37,287 nucleotides of DNA from contig NC_068999.1 of the NCBI RefSeq assembly GCF_001194135.2, positions 8,092,794-8,130,080 of the forward strand, given 5' to 3'. This DNA comes from Octopus bimaculoides. Taxonomy: Eukaryota. Below are positions 1-10,886 of the stretch, in pieces. The notes under the pieces were generated by a model that was given only the letters and a program-made list of their open reading frames with translations, was not told the origin of the DNA and did no database searches. The position numbers and the translations under genes are program-made. Positions within the stretch are counted from its first letter, which is position 1, and every line of letters starts with the position of its first letter.

Positions 1-1170
1 TCCGTCTTCACTTTCAGAGTTCAAATTCCGCCGAAGTCAACTTTGCCTTTCCGCCTTTCGTGGTCGATAAAATAAGTACCAATTGAGTACTGGGGGTCGA
101 TGTAATCGACTTACCCCCACCGAAATAGCTGGCCTTGTGCCAAAATTTGAAATCAATAATATTAAGCTAACACTACAAAATCTATAAACGACGTCTCGAA
201 AATATTTCTAAAAATATTTGGCACCGTCTTCTGATTTTTAATCTTTTGCTCCATCAGCAATGAAATGAAACCATAATACAATCGTTCTCAATTATTCCAT
301 TTCTGTTTTTTTTTTTTTTACTTTATTATTATTATTATCAATCTCTTTTTTTTTCATCTTTTTTTGGCCGTCTGTAAACATCGATTCTAAATTTCATTCC
401 ACTGACATAGTTTTCTGAAATGACTCCAAGTTTATTTCATTATTTATAATATTTTCGTCTATCTTGACTTTACGTTCAGAGCTCAAATTCCGCTGAGGTC
501 AACTTTGCCTTTCATCCTTTTCTCGGGGGTCGATGAAATAAGTACCAGTTATGCACTGGAGTCGATGTAATCGGCTTAATCCCTTTGTCTGTCCTTGTTT
601 GTCCCCTCTATGTTTAGCCCCCTATGGGCAATAAAGAAATAATTATTTATAATACTTTCATTTATCTCATCCTTACGTTCAGAGTTCAAATTCCGCCGAG
701 GTCGACTTTGCCTTTCAACCTTTCGGGATCGATGAAATAAGCACAAGTTGAGCACCGGGGTCAATGTAATCGACTGACCCCCTTCCCCCGAAATTTCAGG
801 CTTTCTACCTCTAGTAGATAGGATTATTTATGATACCTGCATTTATTTCGTTTTTACGTTCAGTGTTCAAATTCCATCGTGGTCGACTATGCCTTTCATC
901 TTTTCGGAGCCGATATAATAAATACCAGTGGAAACCTGGGGGATCGTTGTCCCCGGCTTGCCCACTTCCCCAAAATTTAAGACCTTGTGCGTATAGTAGA
1001 AAGAATTAATTATAATACCTAAAGGCGGCGCGTTGGCAGAGTCGTTAACAGGCCGGGAAAATGCTTAGCAGCATTTCGTCAATGTTCACGTTCTGAGAAC
1101 AGATTCTGCCAAGGTTGACTTTGCCTTTGCCTTTTATCCTTTCGGGGTCGATAAAATAAGTACCGTAAAT
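1..1170 (+). mobile_element. Cluster of five co-oriented SINE family A copies or fragments (about 1-165, 470-645, 670-830, 855-1005, 1021-1165)
   Basis: Recurrent body 'ttacgttctgagttcaaattccgccgaggtcgactttgcctttcatcctttcggggtcgataaaataagtacc...ctggggtcgatgtaatcgact' with a B-box-like GAGTTCAAATTCC. The same body recurs more than 20 times in the window. Confidence 0.9.
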
Positions 1171-1324
1171 TCTCGAGTATAATCCGCACTTTTTTCCCAA
1201 AATTTAAAGGTCAAAAAGGGATGTACGTATGCGCAAAAAAAGACACATACAATTGGAATACAAAATGGCAGATCATTAGACACACAAAGGCCATCGACAC
1301 ACAAAAAAGAAAGAAGAAAGCAAA

Positions 1325-1369
1325 GGACCACTGATGAGGTCACAGAAGTGTGACGAAAGAACTCTGGCC
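1325..1369 (+). ncRNA. Minimal type I hammerhead ribozyme-like motif (Penelope/retrozyme-type)
   Basis: GGACCA-CTGATGA-G-GTCACA(GAAG)TGTGAC-GAAA-GAAC-TC-TGGCC. It has the conserved CUGAUGA and GAAA core, a perfect 6-bp stem II, a 2-bp stem III (AG/CT), a CUC triplet, and stem I CCA/TGG plus GG/CC with a bulged A. Folded by eye. Confidence 0.55.
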
Positions 1370-1686
1370 GAAATACAATTAATATAAAATAAAGCTGAAG
1401 CAAGTGAACACCAAATATATAGTGCGTGTGTTTTTATTGGCTAAACTGGCAACATAACCATCCCCAAATACAGCAATATTTGTTTCAACACACGAATTCA
1501 CATCAAGAATCTTGCAAAACGAATATATAGACGTATANNNNNNNNNNNNNNNNNNNNNNNNNNNNNNNNNNNNNNNNNNNNNNNNNNNNNNNNNNNNNNN
1601 NNNNNNNNNNNNNNNNNNNNNNNNNNNNNNNNNNNNNNNNNNNNNNNNNNNNNNNNNNNNNNNNNNNNNNNNNNNNNNNNNNNNNN

Positions 1687-2037
1687 TGTGTGTGTGTGTG
1701 TGTATGTGTGTGTGTGTGTGTATGTGTGTGTGTGTGTGTATGTGTGTGTGTGTGTTTTAGCTTGTCTGTAGTGTTAGTGACGATCGAAGTAGTGGCAGTC
1801 GTGGTGGTGGTGTTGGTGGTGGTTTGGTGGTAGGTAATGGCCGTGCTTATCGTGGTGACGGTCGAAGAGGTGGCGATGGTGATGGTCGAAGAAATGGCGG
1901 TGGTCTTGGTAGTGGTGGTGGTGATGACAGTGGTGGAGGCGCTAGTAGTGATGATGGCGGCGATAGTAGCGTTGTTGTTGTTGTTGGTGGTGGTGGTGGT
2001 GGCGGGGTGGTGGTTGTGGTAGAGGCGTGGTGGTGAT
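1687..2037 (+). repeat. (TG)n followed by GGT/GAT/GTT trinucleotide low-complexity tract
   Basis: Direct reading. It accounts for the Gly/Val-rich spurious ORFs at 1824-2036. Confidence 0.9.
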
Positions 2038-3057
2038 NNNNNNNNNNNNNNNNNNNNNNNNNNNNNNNNNNNNNNNNNNNNNNNNNNNNNNNNNNNNNNN
2101 NNNNNNNNNNNNNNNNNNNNNNNNNNNNNNNNNNNNNNNNNNNNNNNNNNNNNNNNNNNNNNNNNNNNNNNNNNNNNNNNNNNNNNNNNNNNNNNNNNNN
2201 NNNNNNNNNNNNNNNNNNNNNNNNNNNNNNNNNNNNNNNNNNNNNNNNNNNNNNNNNNNNNNNNNNNNNNNNNNNNNNNNNNNNNNNNNNNNNNNNNNNN
2301 NNNNNNNNNNNNNNNNNNNNNNNNNNNNNNNNNNNNNNNNNNNNNNNNNNNNNNNNNNNNNNNNNNNNNNNNNNNNNNNNNNNNNNNNNNNNNNNNNNNN
2401 NNNNNNNNNNNNNNNNNNNNNNNNNNNNNNNNNNNNNNNNNNNNNNNNNNNNNNNNNNNNNNNNNNNNNNNNNNNNNNNNNNNNNNNNNNNNNNNNNNNN
2501 NNNNNNNNNNNNNNNNNNNNNNNNNNNNNNNNNNNNNNNNNNNNNNNNNNNNNNNNNNNNNNNNNNNNNNNNNNNNNNNNNNNNNNNNNNNNNNNNNNNN
2601 NNNNNNNNNNNNNNNNNNNNNNNNNNNNNNNNNNNNNNNNNNNNNNNNNNNNNNNNNNNNNNNNNNNNNNNNNNNNNNNNNNNNNNNNNNNNNNNNNNNN
2701 NNNNNNNNNNNNNNNNNNNNNNNNNNNNNNNNNNNNNNNNNNNNNNNNNNNNNNNNNNNNNNNNNNNNNNNNNNNNNNNNNNNNNNNNNNNNNNNNNNNN
2801 NNNNNNNNNNNNNNNNNNNNNNNNNNNNNNNNNNNNNNNNNNNNNNNNNNNNNNNNNNNNNNNNNNNNNNNNNNNNNNNNNNNNNNNNNNNNNNNNNNNN
2901 NNNNNNNNNNNNNNNNNNNNNNNNNNNNNNNNNNNNNNNNNNNNNNNNNNNNNNNNNNNNNNNNNNNNNNNNNNNNNNNNNNNNNNNNNNNNNNNNNNNN
3001 NNNNNTATATATATATATATATATGTAGTTCAAATTTACAGAGAACAAAAGACGGAG

Positions 3058-3180
3058 ACAGGTGTAGGAACCAGAAACGTTTACCCTTAACTTAGTTCTC
3101 TGGGATATTGAGCGTGACACAAAACGTGACAAGATTGGTCTTTTGAAATACAGGTACTACACATTTTTGCCAGCTGAGTG
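3058..3180 (-). mobile_element. SINE family C internal fragment
   Basis: Reverse complement matches the 'gtgtcacgctgaatatccccgagaactacgttaagggta' block seen at 12385-12425 and 24615-24655. Confidence 0.7.
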
Positions 3181-4090
3181 GATATCGCCAAATATAGTGT
3201 ATCGACGACAACATTATGCATGGAATTAAACAATCATTTTTATTTTAACCAAACCATTTTGGAAAGAAAGATATGGTTGCAACGTTGCATCAGTTTGAAC
3301 AACAACGTTGAGACTCCTACGCTAATTCTAAGAAATATTCTAAACAGTGTGTGCGTTTTAAATGGTGACTTCTACCGCGTTGTTAATTCTTACGATAGGA
3401 TATGCATCACTAGGCTAATTTCATAACAAAATATAATATCAAAGTAAAATTTTCAATATTTACCGCACTGATTAGATAAAAGGTTGTAACAGACGCATTG
3501 ACACAAACATATTATAACACATATGCACACAGACAAATGTTCCTTTTTAATTGTTTAATATTAGCAAAGTTAGGTATAGCAACTTCCAGAGCTGAATGTT
3601 ATCGACTAAATTTATATGTTTTCTTTCACTTGGAACGTGAACGCTGAATATAAAATAATTTACAATTTGAAATAATTTTCGTAGCTCATAATTGTTGAAT
3701 ATAAAACTGATAAACAATTCACTGCATCCTTAAGTACGGGATTCCAAATTTGCTAAGTACAATCTTCAGTGGTAGCTAACGTGAATGATGCAGAATGAAA
3801 AGAAAGGAGAAAGACCAAAAAAAAAAAACAATAAAAAAATGAAGCAGACAAAGAAAAAAAAAAACAGATAAGAAAATAAAATTCCCGATTAGTTAGAACT
3901 GAAAGCGATTTAAATGTTTACACTTTTACTCAGAAACTCAGTCGCTTGGAATATTTCGTTTGGATATATATTTAAATAAAATAAGAAATAGACACGCAAA
4001 TTCCAGAATATCACTTTAATCACAGAAAACTGGAATTCAGTTCGCACAAGGCATGCACATACGTGTGTGTGTGTGTGTACTATTCTTTTA

Positions 4091-4484
4091 TTCTTTTAAT
4101 TGTTTCAGTCATTTGACTGTGGCCATGCTGGAGCACCGCCTTTAGTCGAGCAAATCGACCCGAGAACTTATTCTTTGGAAGCCTAGTACTTATTCTATCG
4201 GTCTCTTTTGCCGAACCGCTAAGTTACGGGGAAGCAAACACACCAGCATCGGTTGTCAAGCGATGTTGAGGGGACAAACACAGACACAAAAATATACACA
4301 CACATACACACACATATATACGATGGGCTTCTTTCAGTTTCCGTCTACCAAATCTACTCACAAGGCTTTGGTCGGCCCGAGGCTATAGTAGAAGACACTT
4401 TCCCAAGGTGCCACGCAGTGGGACTGAACCCGGAACCATGTGGTTGGTAAGCAAGCTACTTACCTTACAGCCACTCCTGCGCCT
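4091..4484 (-). mobile_element. SINE family B, near full length (tRNA-like head, CORE-like 'gcaccttgggcaagtg' block, internal TG/TA microsatellite, 3' module)
   Basis: Reverse complement aligns along its length with the + strand copy at 27737-28136 (aggcgcaggagtggctgt...ggcggtgctccagcatggcc...gactgaaaca). Confidence 0.9.
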
Positions 4485-4491
4485 ATGTATA

Positions 4492-4527
<36 letters not shown>

Positions 4528-4853
4528 AAAAGTTTTGAATGGTACAACAATGCACCATAATACAAAAAATGGACTATATACTTGTTGTAATTTAGTTATC
4601 TATAGTCCGATGATATTTGAGAATACAATTCCTTCTTCAGATCTTCTTAGGTGGAGTCTCTGCTATAAATTGTTTACTAACGAGGATTGTCTAGGGAATG
4701 ACCCAATAACTATAACTACATAATAGACATGATATAAGCGTATACAAATATATAAATAACTATGTACTATCACTCAGTAAAAGATATCTTGAAACAAAAC
4801 AAAAAGAGATAAAGGGTTTAAACGGAATTATAACTGCGTGCTTTCAAATAAAA

Positions 4854-5035
4854 CGGCAAGCTGGCGGAATCGGTAGAACGCCCGATAAAACCCTTAGTAG
4901 CATTCTTTCTGGCTCTTTATGTTCTGTGTTTAAATCCCGGCTCGATCGAATTTGCCCTTTGTCCTTTTTGGGATCGATAAAATAAATTACCAGTTAAGTA
5001 CTGGGGTAGATGTAATCGATTTGTCCCCTACCCTC
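4854..5035 (+). mobile_element. SINE family A, diverged
   Basis: Head 'cggcaagctggcggaatcggtagaacgccc' and body 'gatcgataaaataaattaccagttaagtactggggtagatgtaatcga'. Confidence 0.8.
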
Positions 5036-5244
5036 AAGCTTGATGGCTTTGGAACTTGCAACGGACTGGTGCCCATTTCAGGGAGATTGTTGTGGTCTTG
5101 GTTACTTATACATCGTTGAAACCGGGTAACTGGTCTTATGAGTCCTTGGGCTAAAATAAAACAAATATGATACTCAGTAACTGATTGCTTAAAACTTAGT
5201 GATAAAGCCAGCTGTTTGAACTAAGAGGTTACACAACAGCATAG

Positions 5245-5392
5245 GCGCCAGTACTAGACTGGTACTCAATTTTAGCGACCCGAGAGGGGGTGAAAGACAA
5301 AGTTGACTACGGCGGGATTTGAACTCAGAATCTAAACGACGAGAACAAATTCAAGAAGGGATATTTTCCGGTGCTTTAAAGAAACATATATA
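5245..5392 (-). mobile_element. SINE family A, diverged
   Basis: 'ctggtactcaattttagcgacccgaga...gaaagacaaagttgactacggcgggatttgaactcagaat' is the reverse complement of the family A body. Confidence 0.8.
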
Positions 5393-5479
5393 ACTCTACC
5401 TCTTGAAAAAGCTGAGTATTAATTAAGTTTTGCTTGAGGTAATCTTGTTCATACGACGACATTTATAGATATAAGTGTA

Positions 5480-5556
5480 TGTATACTTATGTATGTGTAT
5501 CTGCATGTGCACATATGAATATATACATATATGCATGTTTAAACACACACACACGC

Positions 5557-5589
<33 letters not shown>

Positions 5590-7080
5590 TACACACATGA
5601 ATACATAAATGTAACCTACAAGCATAAGCATTCGTGTATATAAAAATGTTTCCATAGATGTATATCTATGGAAACATTTTTATATACGTATATCTATATC
5701 TATACAACTATATCTATACCAATATTCAAACACACGTTTGCATACAACTATGCAAACATGTTTACATATATACATATACATACCTATATATNNNNNNNNN
5801 NNNNNNNNNNNNNNNNNNNNNNNNNNNNNNNNNNNNNNNNNNNNNNNNNNNNNNNNNNNNNNNNNNNNNNNNNNNNNNNNNNNNNNNNNNNNNNNNNNNN
5901 NNNNNNNNNNNNNNNNNNNNNNNNNNNNNNNNNNNNNNNNNNNNNNNNNNNNNNNNNNNNNNNNNNNNNNNNNNNNNNNNNNNNNNNNNNNNNNNNNNNN
6001 NNNNNNNNNNNNNNNNNNNNNNNNNNNNNNNNNNNNNNNNNNNNNNNNNNNNNNNNNNNNNNNNNNNNNNNNNNNNNNNNNNNNNNNNNNNNNNNNNNNN
6101 NNNNNNNNNNNNNNNNNNNNNNNNNNNNNNNNNNNNNNNNNNNNNNNNNNNNNNNNNNNNNNNNNNNNNNNNNNNNNNNNNNNNNNNNNNNNNNNNNNNN
6201 NNNNNNNNNNNNNNNNNNNNNNNNNNNNNNNNNNNNNNNNNNNNNNNNNNNNNNNNNNNNNNNNNNNNNNNNNNNNNNNNNNNNNNNNNNNNNNNNNNNN
6301 NNNNNNNNNNNNNNNNNNNNNNNNNNNNNNNNNNNNNNNNNNNNNNNNNNNNNNNNNNNNNNNNNNNNNNNNNNNNNNNNNNNNNNNNNNNNNNNNNNNN
6401 NNNNNNNNNNNNNNNNNNNNNNNNNNNNNNNNNNNNNNNNNNNNNNNNNNNNNNNNNNNNNNNNNNNTATATATACATACATAGACCAAAATATATCTAA
6501 ACATCTATAGCTATATCTGTGTTAAAACATATGTATACGTACCCCCAATACGAATATCTATTATTTACATACAACTACACTTATACATATCCACACATAT
6601 ATATCGAAACATACGTGTATACATATGTGAATGTATACATATTGGTTTTAAATATACATCTATACATACATCTATGCCAACATCTTGACATACATATATG
6701 CATACATGTATCTCCACATACATCTATATCTGTAGGTATATTGAAACATGCTTGTACGCATATATCTATGCAAGAATCTTTACTGATTATATTTATATAT
6801 ACATCCATATTTATATATTGAAACATGCATACATTCATAGATATCTGTGCATCTATATACATACATCTATATCTGAGCGTACATCGAAGCATGGGTATAT
6901 AGATATCTATACGTATATACAAGTATACGTACATTCATGCTAACATCTTGACGTAACGTACATAGATTTCTATCTGCATGCATATTGAAGTATACATACG
7001 TCTATACATACATAAATACATATATAAATACATGCATAAATACATACATACATGCATATAAATACAATCTATACATACTT
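5480..7080. repeat. Degenerate (TA)n/(CA)n/(TACA)n low-complexity field surrounding a gap
   Basis: Direct reading; gap at 5792-6467. Confidence 0.9.
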
Positions 7081-7940
7081 CTACATCTAGACTGATTCGT
7101 GTTTGTTTTGGCTTCCTTTAGAAATACTTCCCCCCTTCGTCTTATTTTGACATAATCTATTAGTCTATTAGCGTGTTTAATATTTGGTTTAGCAGTTAGA
7201 TGTATTGCTAGTGACGTAATCTCTGATAATTACTGTTCTTCTCCCTGTTTCTGTGTTTGTTTAATTTTTATTGTTATCGTTGGTCTTCTTCTTCTTGTTC
7301 TTGCTGCAATTCATATTTTTGTTGTTGTTGCTATTGTTGCATTCGGTATATTTAAGGGGATATGTATGGCGCTAAGATGCAGGTTTATATTAGACATATA
7401 TATATATATATANNNNNNNNNNNNNNNNNNNNNNNNNNNNNNTATATATACATATATATATATATATTGTATACGCTGTTGTTTCTTCTTCTTAAAGCAG
7501 ATAATTGTAAGTATAAGCTCAACGAGTGGGGTGTTGGGTCGCGTAGCTGGCTGACTGAAAGAAATTTTCGCAAATACATAATAATTAAGAGGTTTAAGCT
7601 GTAATAATAATGCTTTCTGCTAATGGAAATTTTTAATATACCAAGCAAACAAGAAAATATAGAAAATATGGAAGACATATAGAATAAAAGAAGAATAGAA
7701 TGAATCGAAATTGGCCAAATTGATTGAATTTCCGGATTATAAGCCAATGTTTTCTGATTTGTTCTGTTCTTTCCGAATCCAAATCATTTAACAGCTAATG
7801 GCCCAGTTTATATGGCTGTAAATAGATAACACAATGGATTAGTCATATATCCTAGTATCTCGGGTGGTGTGGAGTGAAGGTATAAATGAAGAACCATTGT
7901 ACGAAGACAGCAGTTATTGTTTTGATATATCAGTGATGGA

Positions 7941-8650
7941 AGGCGGTGAGCTGGCAGAAACGTTAGCACGCCGGACGAAATGCTTGGCGGTATTTCGTCT
8001 GCCGTTACGTTCTGAGTTCAAATTCCGCCGAGGTCGACTTTGCCTTTCATCCTTTCGGGGTCGATAAATTAAGTACCAGTTACGCACTGGAGTCGATGTA
8101 ATCGACTTAATCTCTTTGTCTGTCCTTGTTTGTCCCCTCTATGTTTAGCCCCTTGTGGGCAATAAAGAAATAAGAATCGTTATGACACCAGGCGAAATGC
8201 TTAGCAGTATTTCGTCAGCCGAGGTTGATTTTGTCTTTCATTCATTCGGGGTCGATGAATTAAGTACCAGTTACGCACTGGGGTCGATATAATCGACTTA
8301 ATCCGTTTGTCTGTCCTTGTTTGTCCCCTTTGTGTGTAGCCCCCTGTGGGCAGTACAGAAATAAGAATCGTTAGCATGCCGGGCGAAATGCTTAACAGTA
8401 TTTCGTCTGCCGTAAAGTTCTGACTTCAAATTCCGCCGAGGTCGACTTTGCCTTTCGTCCTATCGGGGTCGATAAATTAAGTGCCAGTTACGCACTGGGG
8501 TCGATGTAATCTACTTAATCCCTTTGTCTGTCCTTGTTTGTCTCCTCTATGTTTAGCCCTCTGTGTGCAATGAAGAAATAAGAAACGTTAGGACACCGGG
8601 CGAAATGCTTAACAGTATTTCGTCTGCCGTTATGTTCTTGAGTTCAGATT
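7941..8650 (+). mobile_element. Head-to-tail tandem array of four SINE family A units (7941-8176, 8177-8367, 8368-8584, 8585-8650)
   Basis: Unit 1 is full length. Units 2-4 each start at about nt 19 of the head (acgttagc/tcgttagc) directly after the previous unit's 'aataagaa' end. Confidence 0.92.
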
Positions 8651-9173
8651 TAGTCGACTGGCTCTCCCCCCGCCCACAAAATACATATAGGTTATTTGGG
8701 GGAGTGGATATTGCTTTAGATTAAGATTAGTCGGCCAAGTGGAAAATGACTCCATTCTTCACCAAATGCCACATATTGGAGGAGGCTCTCCGTAATAACA
8801 GTGTAGCAAACGGCGGTGCATCAGCATGGCCGCAGCTCTGAGCTGAAACTATAAAAAGAAATAATAATAATAACGGTAAGATAACATCAAGTTCATAAAT
8901 AATAATGATATCAATGCACTGACAGTAATATCACTTTCATTTTCTATTCGAGCTCAATGTGAGTACAAGTATCGCTAAGCGTTTCTTTAAATTATCAGAT
9001 TGAAAAATCATTTCGACAGGAATGCAGTAAAAATGTAGTTCCAGTTGTTCACGTAATTTTCAACAGAAATAGCAAAAGTAATTGTAAACGTCTTCAACAA
9101 CTATTTGCAGCCTGTACTTCCTGTTCGTGTAATTCTTTTAACCACATAAACTGTATTTCGAAATCGACAGTTT

Positions 9174-9217
<44 letters not shown>

Positions 9218-9259
9218 CAAGCAAATTATTTTATAATTTCGTCACATGAGTTTCACATT

Positions 9260-9412
9260 ATCACGCCGGGCAAAATGCTTAGTTCAAACTACGCCGAGGT
9301 CGACTTTAACTTTCATCCTTTTGGGCTCGATTAATGGAGTCGATGAAAGCGACTATCCGTCTCCACAAAATTACAGGCTTTGTACCTATAACAGAAAGGA
9401 TTATTTTTATTA
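9260..9412 (+). mobile_element. SINE family A, internally deleted, abutting the LINE fragment breakpoint
   Basis: 'cacgccgggcaaaatgcttag...cgaggtcgactttaactttcatcc...caggctttgtacctataacagaaaggattattt'. Confidence 0.8.
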
Positions 9413-9416
9413 TTTT

Positions 9417-10397
9417 ATTGTCTTTGCACCTCTGCACTTACATTTCCAACACTTCTGCTCATGTGGCAGGACGCCATTTATTCTCAGATGTGACTATTCC
9501 AGTCAATAATTTCCACATAAATGGCAAGCAGGATATCGGCCTGTAATTGTCTACCGTTTAGCCTTTTTCGATGTTTTTCAAGCACAGCACTGTCCAACTC
9601 ATTGTCAACCACTCTGGGGTTACTTGACCAGCATTTAACAAGGTGCTGAGTTGTGCAGATATTCGTGCATGACATTCGCCAAATCTTTTGATCCAGTAGC
9701 CTTGAACTCCATCTGGTCCCAAGGTCTTCCAGTTGCCCATTTTTTGCTGATTTCCTTCACTTTCCTAACTGAAATGACTAGTTCTGCCTGTTGTGGACAC
9801 ACTACTGTCTGCTTTAGTTCCTGCAACCATTCAGCATCCTTCTTGTGCTCCTTGTCTTTGCTCCAGATGTCACTCCAAAACCTTTGACTTTCAATGTTAT
9901 CTTGTATCAACTTTTCATCAAGTACACTCTCCATTTATTTCTTTGTAGAATCTCTTCTGATCTACTCTGAATAACCGGTTCTGCTGGTATCCCTTCATTC
10001 CTTAATCGTATCTCACCATCTTTGCTTTCTTTGCAACGAGGCGCTGTTTCAGTTCCTCCGTTACCACTTTCAGGCCCTTTCAATATCATACTTCCTGTTC
10101 AGTGCCCTGTATGCTTGTTCGCTTTTAAGCTCTCCCTTCTCTTTTCGGTCTAACACAGAAATGTCCTTCGAGAGCAGATCTAACCCCGCCTGTATTCTTC
10201 TTTTCTACCATGGATCTTTTCTTTCGTCACTCCCATTATATTCCTTATTCTTGACATCAACACCCACATTTTCTGCTACAACAATACTTGCTGCCTTGAT
10301 CAAATTATTTATTTCTATGATGTTTTTTGTTCTGATGTATTTTAGAATTTCATTCACATTTTTCGTTTCTGGTTTCAACTTCCACCGATCAACCTTT
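9417..10397 (-). pseudogene. R4/Dong-like RLE non-LTR retrotransposon fragment: pre-RT region and start of reverse transcriptase, decayed
   Basis: Minus-strand translation across stops and frameshifts gives KLKPETKNVNEILKYIRT...DPW*KRRI...EELKQRLVAKKAKMVRY...YQQNRLFRVDQKRFYKEING...RFWSDIW...EHKKDAEWL...NWKTLGPDGVQGYWIKRF...PEWLT...[18 protein letters not shown]. These are RT subdomain 0-2 motifs (GPDG, NYRPIS) typical of R4-clade ORFs. Confidence 0.88.
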
Positions 10398-10425
10398 TAT
10401 GATTACTATTATTATTATTATTATT

Positions 10426-10775
10426 TTATGTTTGACTTTTGTTTTGCATTTGTACAAGTTGGATCCAAGTCTCACCCAGAGACCTCAAGAGACAACAGGT
10501 ATTGTTTTCGTCTTCAGATTCCACATTTTGCTAATTTCTATTTCAAGATCTTTATATTTGCTCAGTTTTTGGTAGGTCTTGACAGATACGTTTATATCGA
10601 TTGGGACAGTCATATCAATGAGGAGGCATGATTTTTGTCTGAAGTCTTTCAGTATGATGTCTGGCCTATTTGCGTCTATCTTTCTGTCAGTTTGAATGGT
10701 GAAGTTCCAGAGGAGTGCAATGTGATCATTTTCAAGTACTGGGGGTGGTTTGTGTTCCCACCAGTTTTTTATCAT
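10426..10775 (-). mobile_element. 5'-truncated R4/Dong-like LINE 3' end: RLE domain plus 3' UTR ending in (TAA)n
   Basis: ORF 10485-10775 carries WWEHKPPPVLEN...LLWNFTIQTDRKIDANRPDIILKD...CLLIDMTVP...KLSKYKDLEIEISKMW, an RLE PD..D..K signature. It is followed by a short UTR and the TAA run at 10402-10425, and preceded by a TAA/CAA run. Confidence 0.9.
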
Positions 10776-10884
10776 TATTATTATTATTATTGTTGTTGTT
10801 GTTGCTGTTTTTCTTCTTCAAATTTTCTTCCATTTCTCGCCGAGTGTTTTCCGTACACGTAGGGCAGAGAAACTCATTGTATGC

Positions 10885-10886
<2 letters not shown>

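Noticed and set aside
1824-2036. Gly/Asp-rich and Val-rich ORFs
   Set aside because: Translations of a GGT/GAT trinucleotide tract with no domain signal, truncated by a gap.
7941-8650. CRISPR-like or satellite array
   Set aside because: The units are whole SINE bodies of about 190-235 bp with no unique spacers, in a eukaryotic context.
9635-9934. Treating ORFs 9558-9740, 9635-9934 and 9907-10089 as separate genes
   Set aside because: They are frameshifted pieces of one decayed LINE ORF.
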